Source: Malacoraja senta (lineage: Eukaryota). Taken from it: a stretch of DNA of 64,000 nucleotides. The stretch spans positions 16,246,001 to 16,310,000 of the forward strand of contig CM075990.1 of assembly GCA_038087875.1 (NCBI GenBank). The letters run 5' to 3'. This document shows, piece after piece, positions 12,166-24,382 of the stretch (positions are counted from its first letter, which is position 1; every line of letters begins with the position of its first letter). The position numbers and the translations under genes were made by a program. The notes below the pieces were generated by a model. The model did not search any database and was not told where the DNA came from. It saw only the letters and a list, made by a program, of their open reading frames with translations.

Positions 12166-13068
12166 TCAAAGCCTGCAACCCAGGAGTTTAATTTTCTCAT
12201 GGCATGGGTGGCTTATGCCTGATACTGGGTGAGTTAATAATCCTGGATCACTGGGAAAGACCATTGGTGACTCAACCACCATGTCATGTAGAACCGGGAA
12301 CCATGGCTGTGTAGGCCAGTCGGGCACCATCAAAATTCCAGAAGCAGAGTCCATCTGTATTTTGCGAAGTACCCGACTGATGAGGCAGAAGGGAGGGAAA
12401 GCATAGAAGAAGACATTTCCCCAATCCAGCGTGATGGCATGTATCGCTGCTGCCTCTGGGTCTGGTTCCCAAGCGACATATATAGGTAACTGGTGATTTC
12501 GTCTTGATGCAAATACATCGATATCTGGCGTTCCATACTGCTTAATAACTTTAGCAAATACTTTAGGGTTGAACATCCATTCGATGTTATCATTGAATTT
12601 GCGTGACCTGGTGTCTGCCACTGTGTTTAGCTTACCTGGTAGATAAGTAGCTGATAGCCAAATATGTCTTTCGACACACCATAGCCAAATCACATTGACC
12701 AATTTGTCGCATGATAATGATTTTATGCCGCCCATATGGTTAATATAAGCCACCACCGTAGTATTATCAATCTGTAACCGAACATGCAAGTGCTGCATAT
12801 TAGCTACATATGCTTTTAACCCATAAAGGGCGCCCAACATCTCTAGATAGTTAATGCCCAGTGTCAGTAGTAATGATGACTCTAGGTTAGTCCATCTACC
12901 ACCTGTGCTGGATATGGAGTAAGTTGCTCCCCAGCCTTGAGCACTGGCATCTGTTTGAAGAACTAAAGTAAGGTTAGTGATGATGATAGAGCTGAAACTA
13001 TGCCAAACATTTTCTGCCCACCACTGTAGCTGATATTGCTTCAGTGGGTAATTACATGACACGAACAT
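12166..13068 (-). pseudogene. DIRS RNase H + DNA N6-adenine methyltransferase-like domain
   Basis: TDASAQGWGA, INYLEM, IDNTTVVAYINHMGG, YLPGKLNTVADTRSR (RNase H); IDVFAS, YAFPPF, PDWPTQPWFP (MT domain typical of DIRS1). Confidence 0.9.
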
Positions 13069-13069
13069 C

Positions 13070-13983
13070 GTGACCTGTATGTCGTTTTAGTGCCTGTACC
13101 TTTGCTGTTTGTAAATTTTGATAGTGCAAAGGTCCGCATTGTGTAGCTGGAAATGCTGCTACCATTTTCCCAATCACTCTTGGGACTTGTCGAATAGTTG
13201 GTCCTTTGTTGACCATTAAATAGTTGCATGATTGTGCTAATGCAACCATTTTTATTTTTATTTTTTATTTTTATTTTCCTTTTGGCAAGGTAACAGTCAT
13301 ATGGACTGAGTTAATTGTGAAGCCCAGGTAGTCCATAATAGTGGATGGCTTCAACTTAGATTTATCTGGATGTAGGATGAACCCCAGAGTTTCGAGGAGC
13401 TATTTTGTAGCTGATACTGCTGCCACAGCCAATTCCATCGTTTTCCCTACTATCTGAATATCATCCAGGTATGCCATGACAATATGTTTCTTAGTCTTGC
13501 CATGGCTATTTTCAATATTTTGATGAATAATCTTGGGGCTGAGGTTAGCCCATTGGGCAATGCGTTGTACTGCCTCAGCTGCCCCAACCAGATAAATTGT
13601 AGGTATCTGCAATGATCCTTGTGTATGGGTATTAGATAGTAAGCATCTTTCAGATCAATGCTTGCCATGAAGTATCCTTTGGAAATCAGTTGTTTGGCAG
13701 TAACAACTGTCTCCATTTTGAAATGTATATACTCAACAAACTTATTTAGTGATGTTAAGGCAATGATGATGCGACATCCACCATCTTTTTTGGTTTTATT
13801 TGATACAAATTCCAAAGGTTCATGTTTGGTCTTTTGGATGACCTCTCCACTAATGCTGTTGAGTATATACTTATCACACGTGACAGTAACCCATGCTTCT
13901 TTAAACCAGTGTAATCTCCCCTCTGTTAGTAAAGCACCCTTATTCTCTATATGCTGGCAGGAACCAGACCCACCTACCTCCAT
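13070..13983 (-). pseudogene. DIRS reverse transcriptase (frameshifted)
   Basis: KKDGGCRIII, HFKMET, SIDLKDAYY, YNALPNGLTSAPRLF and AYLDD motifs spread over shifted frames; (TTTTATT)n expansion at ~13248-13277. Confidence 0.9.
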
Positions 13984-14137
13984 GTTCAGTGGTGTTTCTT
14001 TTGTTTCCTGATGTTTTTGTAGGTTTTGCTTGTCTGACGTGCTGGCGATGTTGGGGGGTGGCGCATTTTCCATGGGGTCCGCTGTGGGCCCTGATCTAAA
14101 AAAGATCTTTTGGGGATAAAATGCGGTCCCCGAGCTT

Positions 14138-15237
14138 TCACCAGTCCCATATTGAGGACGTCGACTGGTGGATGCCATGGGGTGCTGCCGCTTGGGTATT
14201 GTAGCTCTTGGTTTGCTCGTCCCAGGGCCTGCCCTCATGAGGCCGAAAGATGTCGCTGCTTCCTCCATGTCCCTCAGTTTTTTGTTGAGGTCTTTCCCAA
14301 ATAACAGAGCATCCGTCTCTGCAGCTGGGGCTCTGCACAACCCAGCAAATTTTGGATTGAGGGCAGGTCTTATGTTTCCCCGCCGGAGATTGTGTATTGC
14401 ACATCAGTGCCAGCACATCCTGCTGGCAAGTATCCATCTCCGTACTTTGCACAGAACGAGCAAAGGCTGTAATGGCCGACGTCCGGAGCCTTAGGATCCG
14501 CTGTAGCTTGATTTCATGGTTACACATGTTTGACCCCACGTGACCCCAGATCTGGCTGTTCACAGTCTTCACTCTGAGGGCCTCACAGTTCTCTGGTGCT
14601 GTATAAAATTCAAGCACCTCAAGAAGTACCTTCTCCTGCAAGGGCTTATTTGACAGATGATTGATGCTGGCCGCCATGTTTGGTTCCAGCGGTCTTCCAG
14701 CACGTGGGGTTGCTACATAGCGGTCCACGACACCCAGCAGCTCTTCCTGCTCCTGCACCCCTTGCATACTGCCGAATTCTTCCGCCAGCCCCTTTCCAGA
14801 CCAGCCCAACCCTGGTCACCAATGCTAGCCTCCAGTAATGAGGGAGCAGAGGGCAGTGCCCAAGACACTGTGGAGGAGGTGCCTGACCTACCTCCTGCGA
14901 GAACGCTCCTTCTGCGTAGCTCGCTGGAGCATCTGCTCCAAGAGCTGTTATAAGCTCTGGCGGCTGTCTCTCCTCCGTGTAGGTGGAGACATGTCCCCAT
15001 CCGACAAATTAGACATTACCGGCCGGTTGCTCTCATGGCTTTGCTCCCTGTCCGCTGTGCAGGCATTAGCGGGACTGGGCTCGGCTCGGTGTCGGGGATA
15101 GCGGAGCGCTCTATGAGCGGTCCTGCCGCCTGTTGCTGCCCCCCTGAGATTAAACGCTCCTCTGGTGGAGTTGAGCTGGGGCAGTTCTGTTGGAGAGTCT
15201 TCTGGTGAGTGTACTTATTTGTTAAGAACACCCACAC
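14138..15237 (-). pseudogene. DIRS gag-like ORF1 (frameshifted)
   Basis: Overlapping ORF pieces (YTAPENCEALRVKTVNSQIW; LLFGKDL) upstream of the RT, as in DIRS ORF1. Confidence 0.7.
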
Positions 15238-16951
15238 TCTCTTTCTCTGTTAGACTTAGTTGAATATACTTACCCAACGGTCCGTTTTTTAAACTGCAGC
15301 CGGAGCGCCTTCCTCCTGCTGCCGCCGCTGTTGCACTGCTGGCGTAATGCCGCGCCTGCGCACTGAGCGGGTTCTTCACGAAGTCACTCACGTGACTCCG
15401 AAGTAAAATAGAACTGGTGTGAAGGGTTGATCGATAGTCGGCACGGACCCGGTGGGTCGAAGAGCCTGTTTCCATGATGTATTTCTCAATTAAATTAAAC
15501 TAAATTAGGGAGGCGAGATTTAAGATTAGAGGCGAAAGATTTAAAAGGGACATGAGGGCCAATTTTTTTTCCATTTTTTAAAGAGGGGTTTAGAGAGAGG
15601 TTAAGAGGGAAGATTTAGAGGGACATGTGCCAAATGCAGGAATATGGGACAAACTCAGACATCTTGTCGGCATGGACATTGAGCCAAAGGGCCTGTTTCC
15701 ATGCCATTGAACTATGACTGTGATTGAATGCAGGGATAACATTCTGTGGCTCAGTTCCATGACAGACTGATTGTATTGGATGGAAAAAGACTCAAGGATA
15801 TGATTGTGGGGCTGATAATCCGTTTCTATGTTGCGTTCTGGAAGAAAATCAATCTTCTTTGTTATTTGCAACAGGAAATTGTCATGGCATCTAAACTTTC
15901 AACCAAAGCAAAAGCACATCTTACGTACTGTTTTGTTCACTCATAGAGTCATAGAATCATGGAGTCATACGGCGTGGGAACGGGTCCGTTGGCCCAACAT
16001 CCCCACACTGACCAACATGTCCCATCTACACTAGTCCCACCTGCATTTGGCCCATATCCCGCTAAACCTGTACCTGTATCTATGTACCTGTCTAATTGTT
16101 TCTTAAATGTTGCGATGGTCCCTGCCTCAACTACCTCCTCTGGCAGCTCGTTCCCTACACCCACCACCCTTTGTGTGAAAAAGTTTCCCCTCTTTTTTTA
16201 ACCCCCAACATTGCGGTTCGTCCATCCCGGCCTTGGGTCACAGTCGGCTGTGGAGGGCAAGTCAATAGACATTTTTAAGACAGAGATTGCCAGATTCTTG
16301 ATTAGTAAGAGTGTCACGGGCTATGGCGAGAAGGCAGGAGAATGGGGTTGAGAGGGAAAGGTAGATCAGCCATGATTGAATGGCGGAATAAACTTGCAGG
16401 GCCGAATGGCCTAATTCTGCTCCGAGAACTTATGTATTTATGAACTTATGAACTACCTACAGTATCCAAAAGCCTCTTAAACACCACTAACGTTTCTTCC
16501 TCCACTATCACCCCTGGTAGCATGTCCCAGGCACCCACCACTCTCTGTGTAAAGATCTAACCCTGCACATCTTAATGGGCCAGAAATTTCAGCGTCAATG
16601 GGAAAGTTGCATGTTTCCCAAGGAGGTAAATAAATATAACCCTGCATTCCCTCTCTCTCCATCCCTCCCCCACCCTAGTCACACCAGCTTTTCAGTCTCA
16701 CCTAGCAACCAGCTAACAATGGCATGTGTCCTTTATCATTGCTACTGTTTTGCATATCTTTCATTCATTTGTTCTATATCTCCCTACATCATCGTCTATA
16801 TCTCTCGTTTCCCTTTCCCGTGACTTTCAGTCTGAAGAAGGGTCTTGACGCGGAACATCACCCATTCCTTCTCTCCAGAGATTCTGCCTGTCCCGCTGAG
16901 TTACTCCAGCTTTTTGTGTCTATCTTCAGTTTAAACCAGCATCTGCAGTTC

Positions 16952-17805
16952 AAAGGTCAGTTTATTGTCACGTGTACCAAAGATCCTATACCGAGCAAGA
17001 TAGTCCACTCGACGAAAAAGATGTAGTACGGTCATGGGCAGATTCATGGGTAATTTAAGGCCCCATTTCCGTAACCGTCTTCCGTCTCCGCACCAAAGAT
17101 CCCATCGCGGAGCAAAGATAACTAGTGCGGAGACGGAAGCCGGTTACGGAAACATCCTCGTAAAAATAAAAGTTATTTGGTAAAAATCTTCTCCATCTTA
17201 ATTTATTAACACAAACTGTTGCCCCGCAACGTTGATTACACTACGAGTCGGGTCGGGTCCGGTTACGGAAATGGATGAAAAAAAGGCCCACGTTCCGCTC
17301 CGTTGCGTACTACACATCAGCCCATTGCATTTAGCAGGAGTGGTCTATCTTGCTCCGCTATAGGATCTTTGACGTGTACCAGTTAAGGTACAGTGATACT
17401 CAAATTACCATACAGCCATACTAAAAAAAAAGCAACAAGACACACAATACATAAAAGTTAACATAAACATCCACCACAGCGGATTCCCCACATTCCTCAC
17501 TGTGATGGAAGGCAATAAAGTCTAATATTTTTCCTCTTTATTCTCCCGTGGTCGGGGCGGACGAACCATCCGCAGTCGGGGCGATCGAAGCCCCCTTGTC
17601 CGGAGCGGTCAAATCTCCCGCGTCGGAGCGGTCAAATCTCCCGCGTCGGGGCGATCGAAGTTCCCGCGTCGGGGTGGTCGAAGCTCTTGCGGTTGGAGCT
17701 CCCGAAGTCGATCGCTAACCAGGGACCGTGAGCTCCACGATGTTAAGGTCCGCAGGCTCCCGCAGTTGGAGCTCCCAAAGTCGGTCTCCAGCAAAGGCCG
17801 CCAAC
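16952..17805 (-). mobile_element. Retroposon with 21-bp target-site duplication, inserted in a Penelope-like repeat
   Basis: TTAAACCAGCATCTGCAGTTC at 16931-16951 and 17806-17826; GTGACAATAAA 3' end on minus; GC-rich ~23-bp tandem units (GTCGGGGCG...) at ~17550-17700; related fragment at ~57938-58103. Confidence 0.8.
16978..17371. mobile_element. hAT-type MITE with 8-bp TSD
   Basis: TIRs CAAAGATCCTATA..GAGCAAGATAG / CTATCTTGCTCC..TATAGGATCTTTG; exact ACGTGTAC duplication at 16970-16977 and 17372-17379. Confidence 0.88.
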
Positions 17806-19099
17806 TTAAACCAGCATCTGCAGTTCCTTCTTACACAACCCTTGATACCTATCCAAATGCGGAGCCAAAGATGTCAAGAGCATTTCTCATGCCCAACTAT
17901 GAAAAGTGAAGACATGGCAAATTGTGCGCAGGAAATTCCAGCCAATGTTGGGCAAGTCAACAACGGTAATTCAATTCTTTAAATGTATGAAACAAAGTGC
18001 TGGAGTAACTCAACAGGGCGGGCACTATCTGTGGAAGGAATGGATAGGTGATGTCAAGGGTGGGGACCCTTCTTCATACCCCATAATGTCACCCATCTAT
18101 TTCTTCCACAGGTGCTGCCTGATGTGTTGGGTTACATTGTGTATTTACACAAGATGCCGGCATCTTCATGTCTCTCTTCTTTGAAAGGATAACTTGATTT
18201 AGAAGGAAAGGGGGTTTCAACATTCAAACTGATCAAACCTTGCCCATTTCAGTCAAGCATTTCCCAACATTCAGTTTTTCTTGGAGACAAACTGGCATGA
18301 AGTAGATGAAGAAAACAGATGACCACCCAAGTTGAAGGAAGTTTTTGATAGTAACAATAAAATCAGTGGTCATATTGTTATGGGTTTGGTGTGAGAAGTA
18401 GTGCATCATGACCTCCTGAAATTGGCCTGGATTGCTTTGAAAGAAGTAGACATTTATATTTAGGCATTCATGCAACAGATAAACAGATTACTTTCTACTG
18501 CAAAATCCCCAGAACATTGACAATAGTTATTCTCGCTAAAAGAAATGGTTGTGGGACCTTTATTCAATCCAACTCACCTTACACTGCAGGATGCCTTCAT
18601 TTTTCTCGGACCTGTTTTCATTTTTATTTTCTAAATTTAAAGTATTTATTTTAGCTCCAGCATCATCATCATTATCATCGGTGAAAACATTAGCGACGCA
18701 GTGGTGCTGGTTTCCGACGGGAACGGTGACGGACGCGCCACACATCTCTGTCCTCCAGTTCTTGCAGACTTCCGCGCTGGAAGTATAGGATTTTGTTGAG
18801 TGTGTGTGCTTTATAATCGTTCCTTACAATGCTGTGTACGACAGTGATCGCAACTTCTACTGAAGTGTGGATGGCCGTTGGCTCGCTAGGAGCTCATCCG
18901 CCCTTTGACAGGTCTTGTTTTTGGTCCTGCTGAGGGTCCACAGCCCCCTCCTCACCTGGCAAACCAGGTGGGAGAGACAGATTAGTCGCCGACTATCCGA
19001 CCATGGAGCAGGTAGCACGGGATTACATGGTACCTCTGGTGGAGGGAACTCCCCCGACCTGACCTGAGCTCCAGCCCATCCCAATTAAGAAAGTTTTCT

Positions 19100-20090
19100 T
19101 TATCATTCGCGTCAGAGGTAGATAAGGTGGTTAAGAAGCCTTTCAGCACTTTGGTTTTCGCCAGTGTACAAGTTGAGTGTGGACGTTGGGATGTTATGCT
19201 ACAGTTGTACACATGTTGGTGTGGCCACATGTTGGAGTATTGTGTTCACCCTGCTGTGGACGTTAGCTGGAGTGAGCTGGAATGAGTCCAGGAAGATGTA
19301 CGAGCATGATGCCAGGACTTGAGAGACCCCAACTACAGGGCAGGCTGGGACATTATTCCATGGAGCGCAGAAGGATGACGGGCGATCTTATAGAGGTGCA
19401 TAAAATCATGAGGGGAATAGATAGGGTGAATGCACATGGTATTTTACCCAGAGTAGGGAATCAAAAATGAGAGGACATACATTTGAGGTGTGAGGGGCAA
19501 GATTTAACGGGAACCTGTGGGGCAATTTTTCACTCAGAGTGTGGAGGGTATATTGAACAAGACGCTGGAGGTGGTAGCTGAGATAGGAACTAAGACAATA
19601 TTTAAAAGACGTTTGGAAAGGTACATGGATAGGAAACGTTAAAAAGAATATGGTCCAAACCAGGGCAGGTGGGACAAGCGTAGTTGGTCAGCTCGGGCAA
19701 GTTGGGCCAAAGGGCTTGTTTCCATGCTGTATGAATCTATGACTAAGAATATGACAAGAGGCATAGATAGGGTAGACTGTCAGTTTCTTTTCCACATGGT
19801 GGAAGCGTCAAAAGCTAGAGGTCCTGGCATTAAGGTGAGAGGAGTGAAGTTTAAAGGAGATGTGCGGGGCAGGTTTTTTTACACAGGTAGTGGTGTGGGC
19901 CTGGAACATGCCTGCCCAGGTGGAGATGGTAGTGACAGATACAATAGTGGGGTTCAAGAAACTAATAGTTGGATATGCAGTGAATGGAGGAACATGGAGC
20001 AGGTTCAGGCAGAGAGACAGTGTTACTTGGCGTCGTGTTCGGCATGGACATTGTGGGCCGAAGGGCCTGTTCCTGTGGTGTACTATGATT
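19100..20090 (+). mobile_element. Two adjacent degenerate CR1 LINE 3' fragments
   Basis: RRMTGDLIEVHKIMRGIDRV-type RT C-terminal remnants and GGGCCGAAGGGCCTG 3' UTR motifs. Confidence 0.75.
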
Positions 20091-20138
20091 GTGTACGTGA
20101 GTGTGAGAAAGACGGATATGTGGAGGGAGCTTCACTGG

Positions 20139-21368
<1,230 letters not shown>

Positions 21369-21613
21369 ATGGCGTGGTGTGGAGGGAGCTTCACTCTGTG
21401 TACCGTTCCGTACATCCGTATACAGCAGGGACATCGTGGTACGAAGGGTCTGTCCTGTGCTGAAGGGTCTGTCCCTGTGCTTTTTGGCCACGAGAGAGAG
21501 AGATGCCGGTCAGGAGTTGGTGTTTATTTGTGGAGCTGACGAGGTGGAGCTGGGTGGGTCCCCTCTCCCCATGGCCCCCACCCCCCACCCCCCCCCTCCC
21601 CCCCCCCTCCCCG

Positions 21614-21875
21614 TCAGCCCGCAATGCTGAGCCGGGCCAGCTGGGTGATGTCCTCGTCGTCCAGCCAATGCCACAGCAGCTGGGCCACATCGTTCCTCTG
21701 CACAAAGACCAGCAGGTCGGCCATCTTGGAGACCAGCGCCGGGTGGAAGAGAGGGCACAGGTTGGGCCTGGGGTCTGGGGACACAGCCCCACCACCGATG
21801 ACAACAGGCGCAGCGGCCCCAGGGAGGGGCTCTCTCCACGCAGCCGGGCCAGGGTGGTCAGCAGCCCAGGGGGCC
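21614..21875 (-). CDS. Putative terminal exon of the same uncharacterised gene
   Basis: Pyrimidine tract + CCAG acceptor (phase 2); APWAADHPG...NLCPLFHPALVSKMADLLVFVQRNDVAQLLWHWLDDEDITQLARLSIAG* with strong GC3 bias in the C-terminal half; AATAAA at 21523-21528 (minus). Confidence 0.5.
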
Positions 21876-22186
21876 CTGGTGGAGGGGGGAGAGGGGAGAG
21901 GGGGGGTCAGAGAGAGGTGACAGACACACATCCAGACTACCGACCCCCCTCCCCCTCTGCCCCTCCCCCACGTCTTCCCCCCCTCCCCCTCCCATATCCT
22001 ACCCAGCCCCCAACCCTCTCCCCATCCCTCTGCCCCTCCCCCAACCCTTCCAGCAGCCCGGGGGGTCACTGTGGAGGGGGGGGGGCAGAGAGAGGTCAAG
22101 GCACTATGCCCCTCCACCCACTCCCTGCCCCAACCCTTACACCCACCCTCCACCCACCTGCGTTGAAGACACAATGATCACGCATG

Positions 22187-22258
22187 TATACACACGCACG
22201 CACACGCACACACGCACGCACACGCACACACACACGCACACACCCACACACACGCACA

Positions 22259-22293
<35 letters not shown>

Positions 22294-22338
22294 CCGCGCG
22301 CAGCGCACACGCACACACACACACACACACACATACAC
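22187..22338. repeat. (CA)n/(CACG) microsatellite, within the putative intron
   Basis: Direct reading. Confidence 0.95.
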
Positions 22339-22342
22339 TCAC

Positions 22343-22544
22343 CCCAGGGTCCGACACCCTACCCTGGGGCACCCGTCAGATGTGGGACACACAGGGTGAC
22401 ACACCCTCCCCACCCTGGGGCACCTGTTATCTCTCTCCGGTTCCTGATCCTCGCGTCTGCCTTCATCTCCATCAACCCGACCCAGACCATGAGGACCGCC
22501 ACTGTGAGGAGACCCAGCGCTCTCAGCATACCCCAACCCGTCAT
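22343..22544 (-). CDS. Putative exon 1 of an uncharacterised small secreted protein (signal peptide, RNRR site, Cys-rich segment); needs one frameshift at a (GA)n run
   Basis: [37 protein letters not shown], then in the shifted frame [30 protein letters not shown], ending at a GG|GTGAGT phase-2 donor. Confidence 0.45.
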
Positions 22545-23173
22545 CTCGTCCCGTCCCTCCCCATCCCACCGTGCCCCATCCCATCAAGGAGACCAGTGGG
22601 GAGGGTGGGGACCGAGGGGGCTCTCTCCCCTCCCCCTCACTCCCCACCCCAGGACCCTGGCATTGTGACCTCAGTCACCCCCTCCTCTCCCCAAAAACTA
22701 GACACCAGTCTGCCAATAATTGTAAAGTATGCAGGGGGCATGTGTATTTGACTGAGCAACTTTGCTGTACATACATCAGTGTACATCATTTGATCAAACA
22801 CATGTTTGATGGCTGTTGAAGACAAGGTCCAATGGAATAAGATTATCATTAAAGCTATCATCAAGAAATAGCTTGGATGTTTTGTCTTTCCGCTGACTGG
22901 TTAGCACGCAACAAAAGCTTTTCACTGTACCTCGGTACACGTGACAATAAACCAAACTCAAAAGAATTGCACCTGGTGATTGCCTGTGTATGAAAGTGAT
23001 AGGTAAACATGGAAATGAAGTGCAGACTACATACAGTCTGCAATCCTCCCCACAACAACTTTGAATTGCGCTTTTGCACAAAGATCTTATTGCAGCTCAA
23101 TGAATACATTTCACTCTCATTAAATCCGACTTAATAACCTTGAGTACGAAACAGTCATGAGACATACTTCTCA

Positions 23174-23235
23174 GGATTACAAAGCGCCTAAACCCCCACC
23201 CCCCCCCCCCCTCTCTCTCTTAGAGTTTATATAAA
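23174..23235 (+). promoter_or_regulatory. RGR proximal promoter: OTX/CRX site GGATTA (23174-23179) and TATA box TATATAAA (23228-23235)
   Basis: TATA ~75 nt upstream of the RGR ATG; K50 homeodomain motif just upstream. Confidence 0.6.
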
Positions 23236-23306
23236 CCACAGGCACATATTCAAGCTCACTATTGTCCTTGCGAAAAAGTACTGCATTCTTGAGAAACAGT
23301 GTAAAG

Positions 23307-23385
23307 ATGGTAGCCACCAATCCATTAACTGAGGGATTCAGTGAGTTGGAACTGTTTGCACTGGGAACTACCCTGTTACTGGAAG
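23307..23385 (+). CDS. RGR: RGR (retinal G protein-coupled receptor) exon 1
   Basis: AAGATGG Kozak; MVATNPLTEGFSELELFALGTTLLLE; 79 nt, G|GTAAAG donor. Confidence 0.93.
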
Positions 23386-23667
23386 GTAAAGAATTGGAGC
23401 ATTACGTTTGATTTTGCAGCTGTCGATGATATAATTGCACTCAGATGTATGTCGAATCATCTTCATTTTCTTCACTGTTTGATATAATATTCAAATGGTC
23501 ACAGTGATAGTGTGATGCAGCTGATGTGTGTGAAGCCATATTTCAGCATTAACAAGGGAGTATTTGGGGTGCATTTAACCTTTGCGTACTGGCAACAAGA
23601 GGAGTACTTGCCTTCCACAACGTCCGTGCCTGTACAAAGCTGGATACAACCAGAGGATAAATCACCA

Positions 23668-23972
23668 AGGGTCGCCACGGTGGCGCAGCGGTAGCGTTGC
23701 TGCCATACAGCGCCAGAGACCCGGGTTCAATCCTGACTACGGGTGCTGTCTGTACGGAGTTTGTACGTTCTCCCTGTGACCGCGTGGGTTTACTCCGGGT
23801 CCCCTCCCACACTCCAAAGACGTACAGGTTTGTAGGTTAATTGGCTTTGGTAAGATTGTAAATTGTCCCTAGTGTGTGGGATGGTGCTAGTGTATGGGGA
23901 TCGCTGGTCGGCGTGGACTCGGTGGGCCGAAGGGCCTGTTTCCACACTCTCTCTAAACTAAACTGAACTAAA
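23668..23972 (+). mobile_element. Full-length tRNA-derived SINE (HE1-like) in RGR intron 1
   Basis: A box GGTGGCGCAGCGG, B box GGTTCAATCC, CR1-like tail ending in CTAAACTAAACTGAACTAAA. Confidence 0.88.
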
Positions 23973-24382
23973 AGACTTTCAGCAGCAGTTGAGTAGGGTT
24001 AATTTGAATTAATGATTGAAAACTATGAGGAGAAAACCTTTGTATTGTAAATGCCCTTAGATATCAATCATTTTCATAATTCCATGGTATTGCATTGCAT
24101 TTGTGCTTTTGTACGTGAGATATTGAATTGGTTTGGAAACAATCTAAATGCTTCAGCTTCCACGTTGAAGCTTCCATGTTTAACCTTCATTGTGCCGAAT
24201 CCTGATGCCTGCTTTGTTCCCTAGATTCAAGTCAGTTGCATCTGCCCTTCAACGGATTGAGGCTGTTTCTGTTTCTCGTCTTAACTAAATAAGATATTTC
24301 CATTACAATTATGTAATCAAATTTGGTATTTGAACCCGCCCTCAGTGTGTTTGTGTGTGTGTTTCTCTGGTCTGCCCCGCAG

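Larger units (their letters stand above)
10687..15411 (-). mobile_element. DIRS1-like tyrosine-recombinase retrotransposon, near full-length, degenerate
   Basis: gag-like, RT, RNase H, methyltransferase-like and YR coding remnants on minus; inverted terminal repeats (10765-10797 vs 15348-15380); internal complementary region 10917-11029 complementary to both termini. Confidence 0.95.

Noticed and set aside
15590..15946. Short ORFs in unique DNA next to the DIRS element
   Set aside because: No recognisable motif or convincing paired splice sites; partly overlaps a CR1 remnant
17550..17700. Regularly spaced ~23-bp repeats as a CRISPR-like array
   Set aside because: Vertebrate DNA; adjacent degenerate tandem units without unique spacers, inside a retroposon
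21447..21465. RE1-like GGTCTGTCCTGTGCTGAA
   Set aside because: Half-site spacing is 2 nt short and it derives from a CR1/SINE tail motif
21614..21730. Resemblance of NDVAQLLWHWLD to the WDLAQLFWDIY segment of FAM237/NPGL precursors
   Set aside because: Similarity is too short and the flanking Cys and GLGRR amidation motifs are absent; no gene symbol assigned
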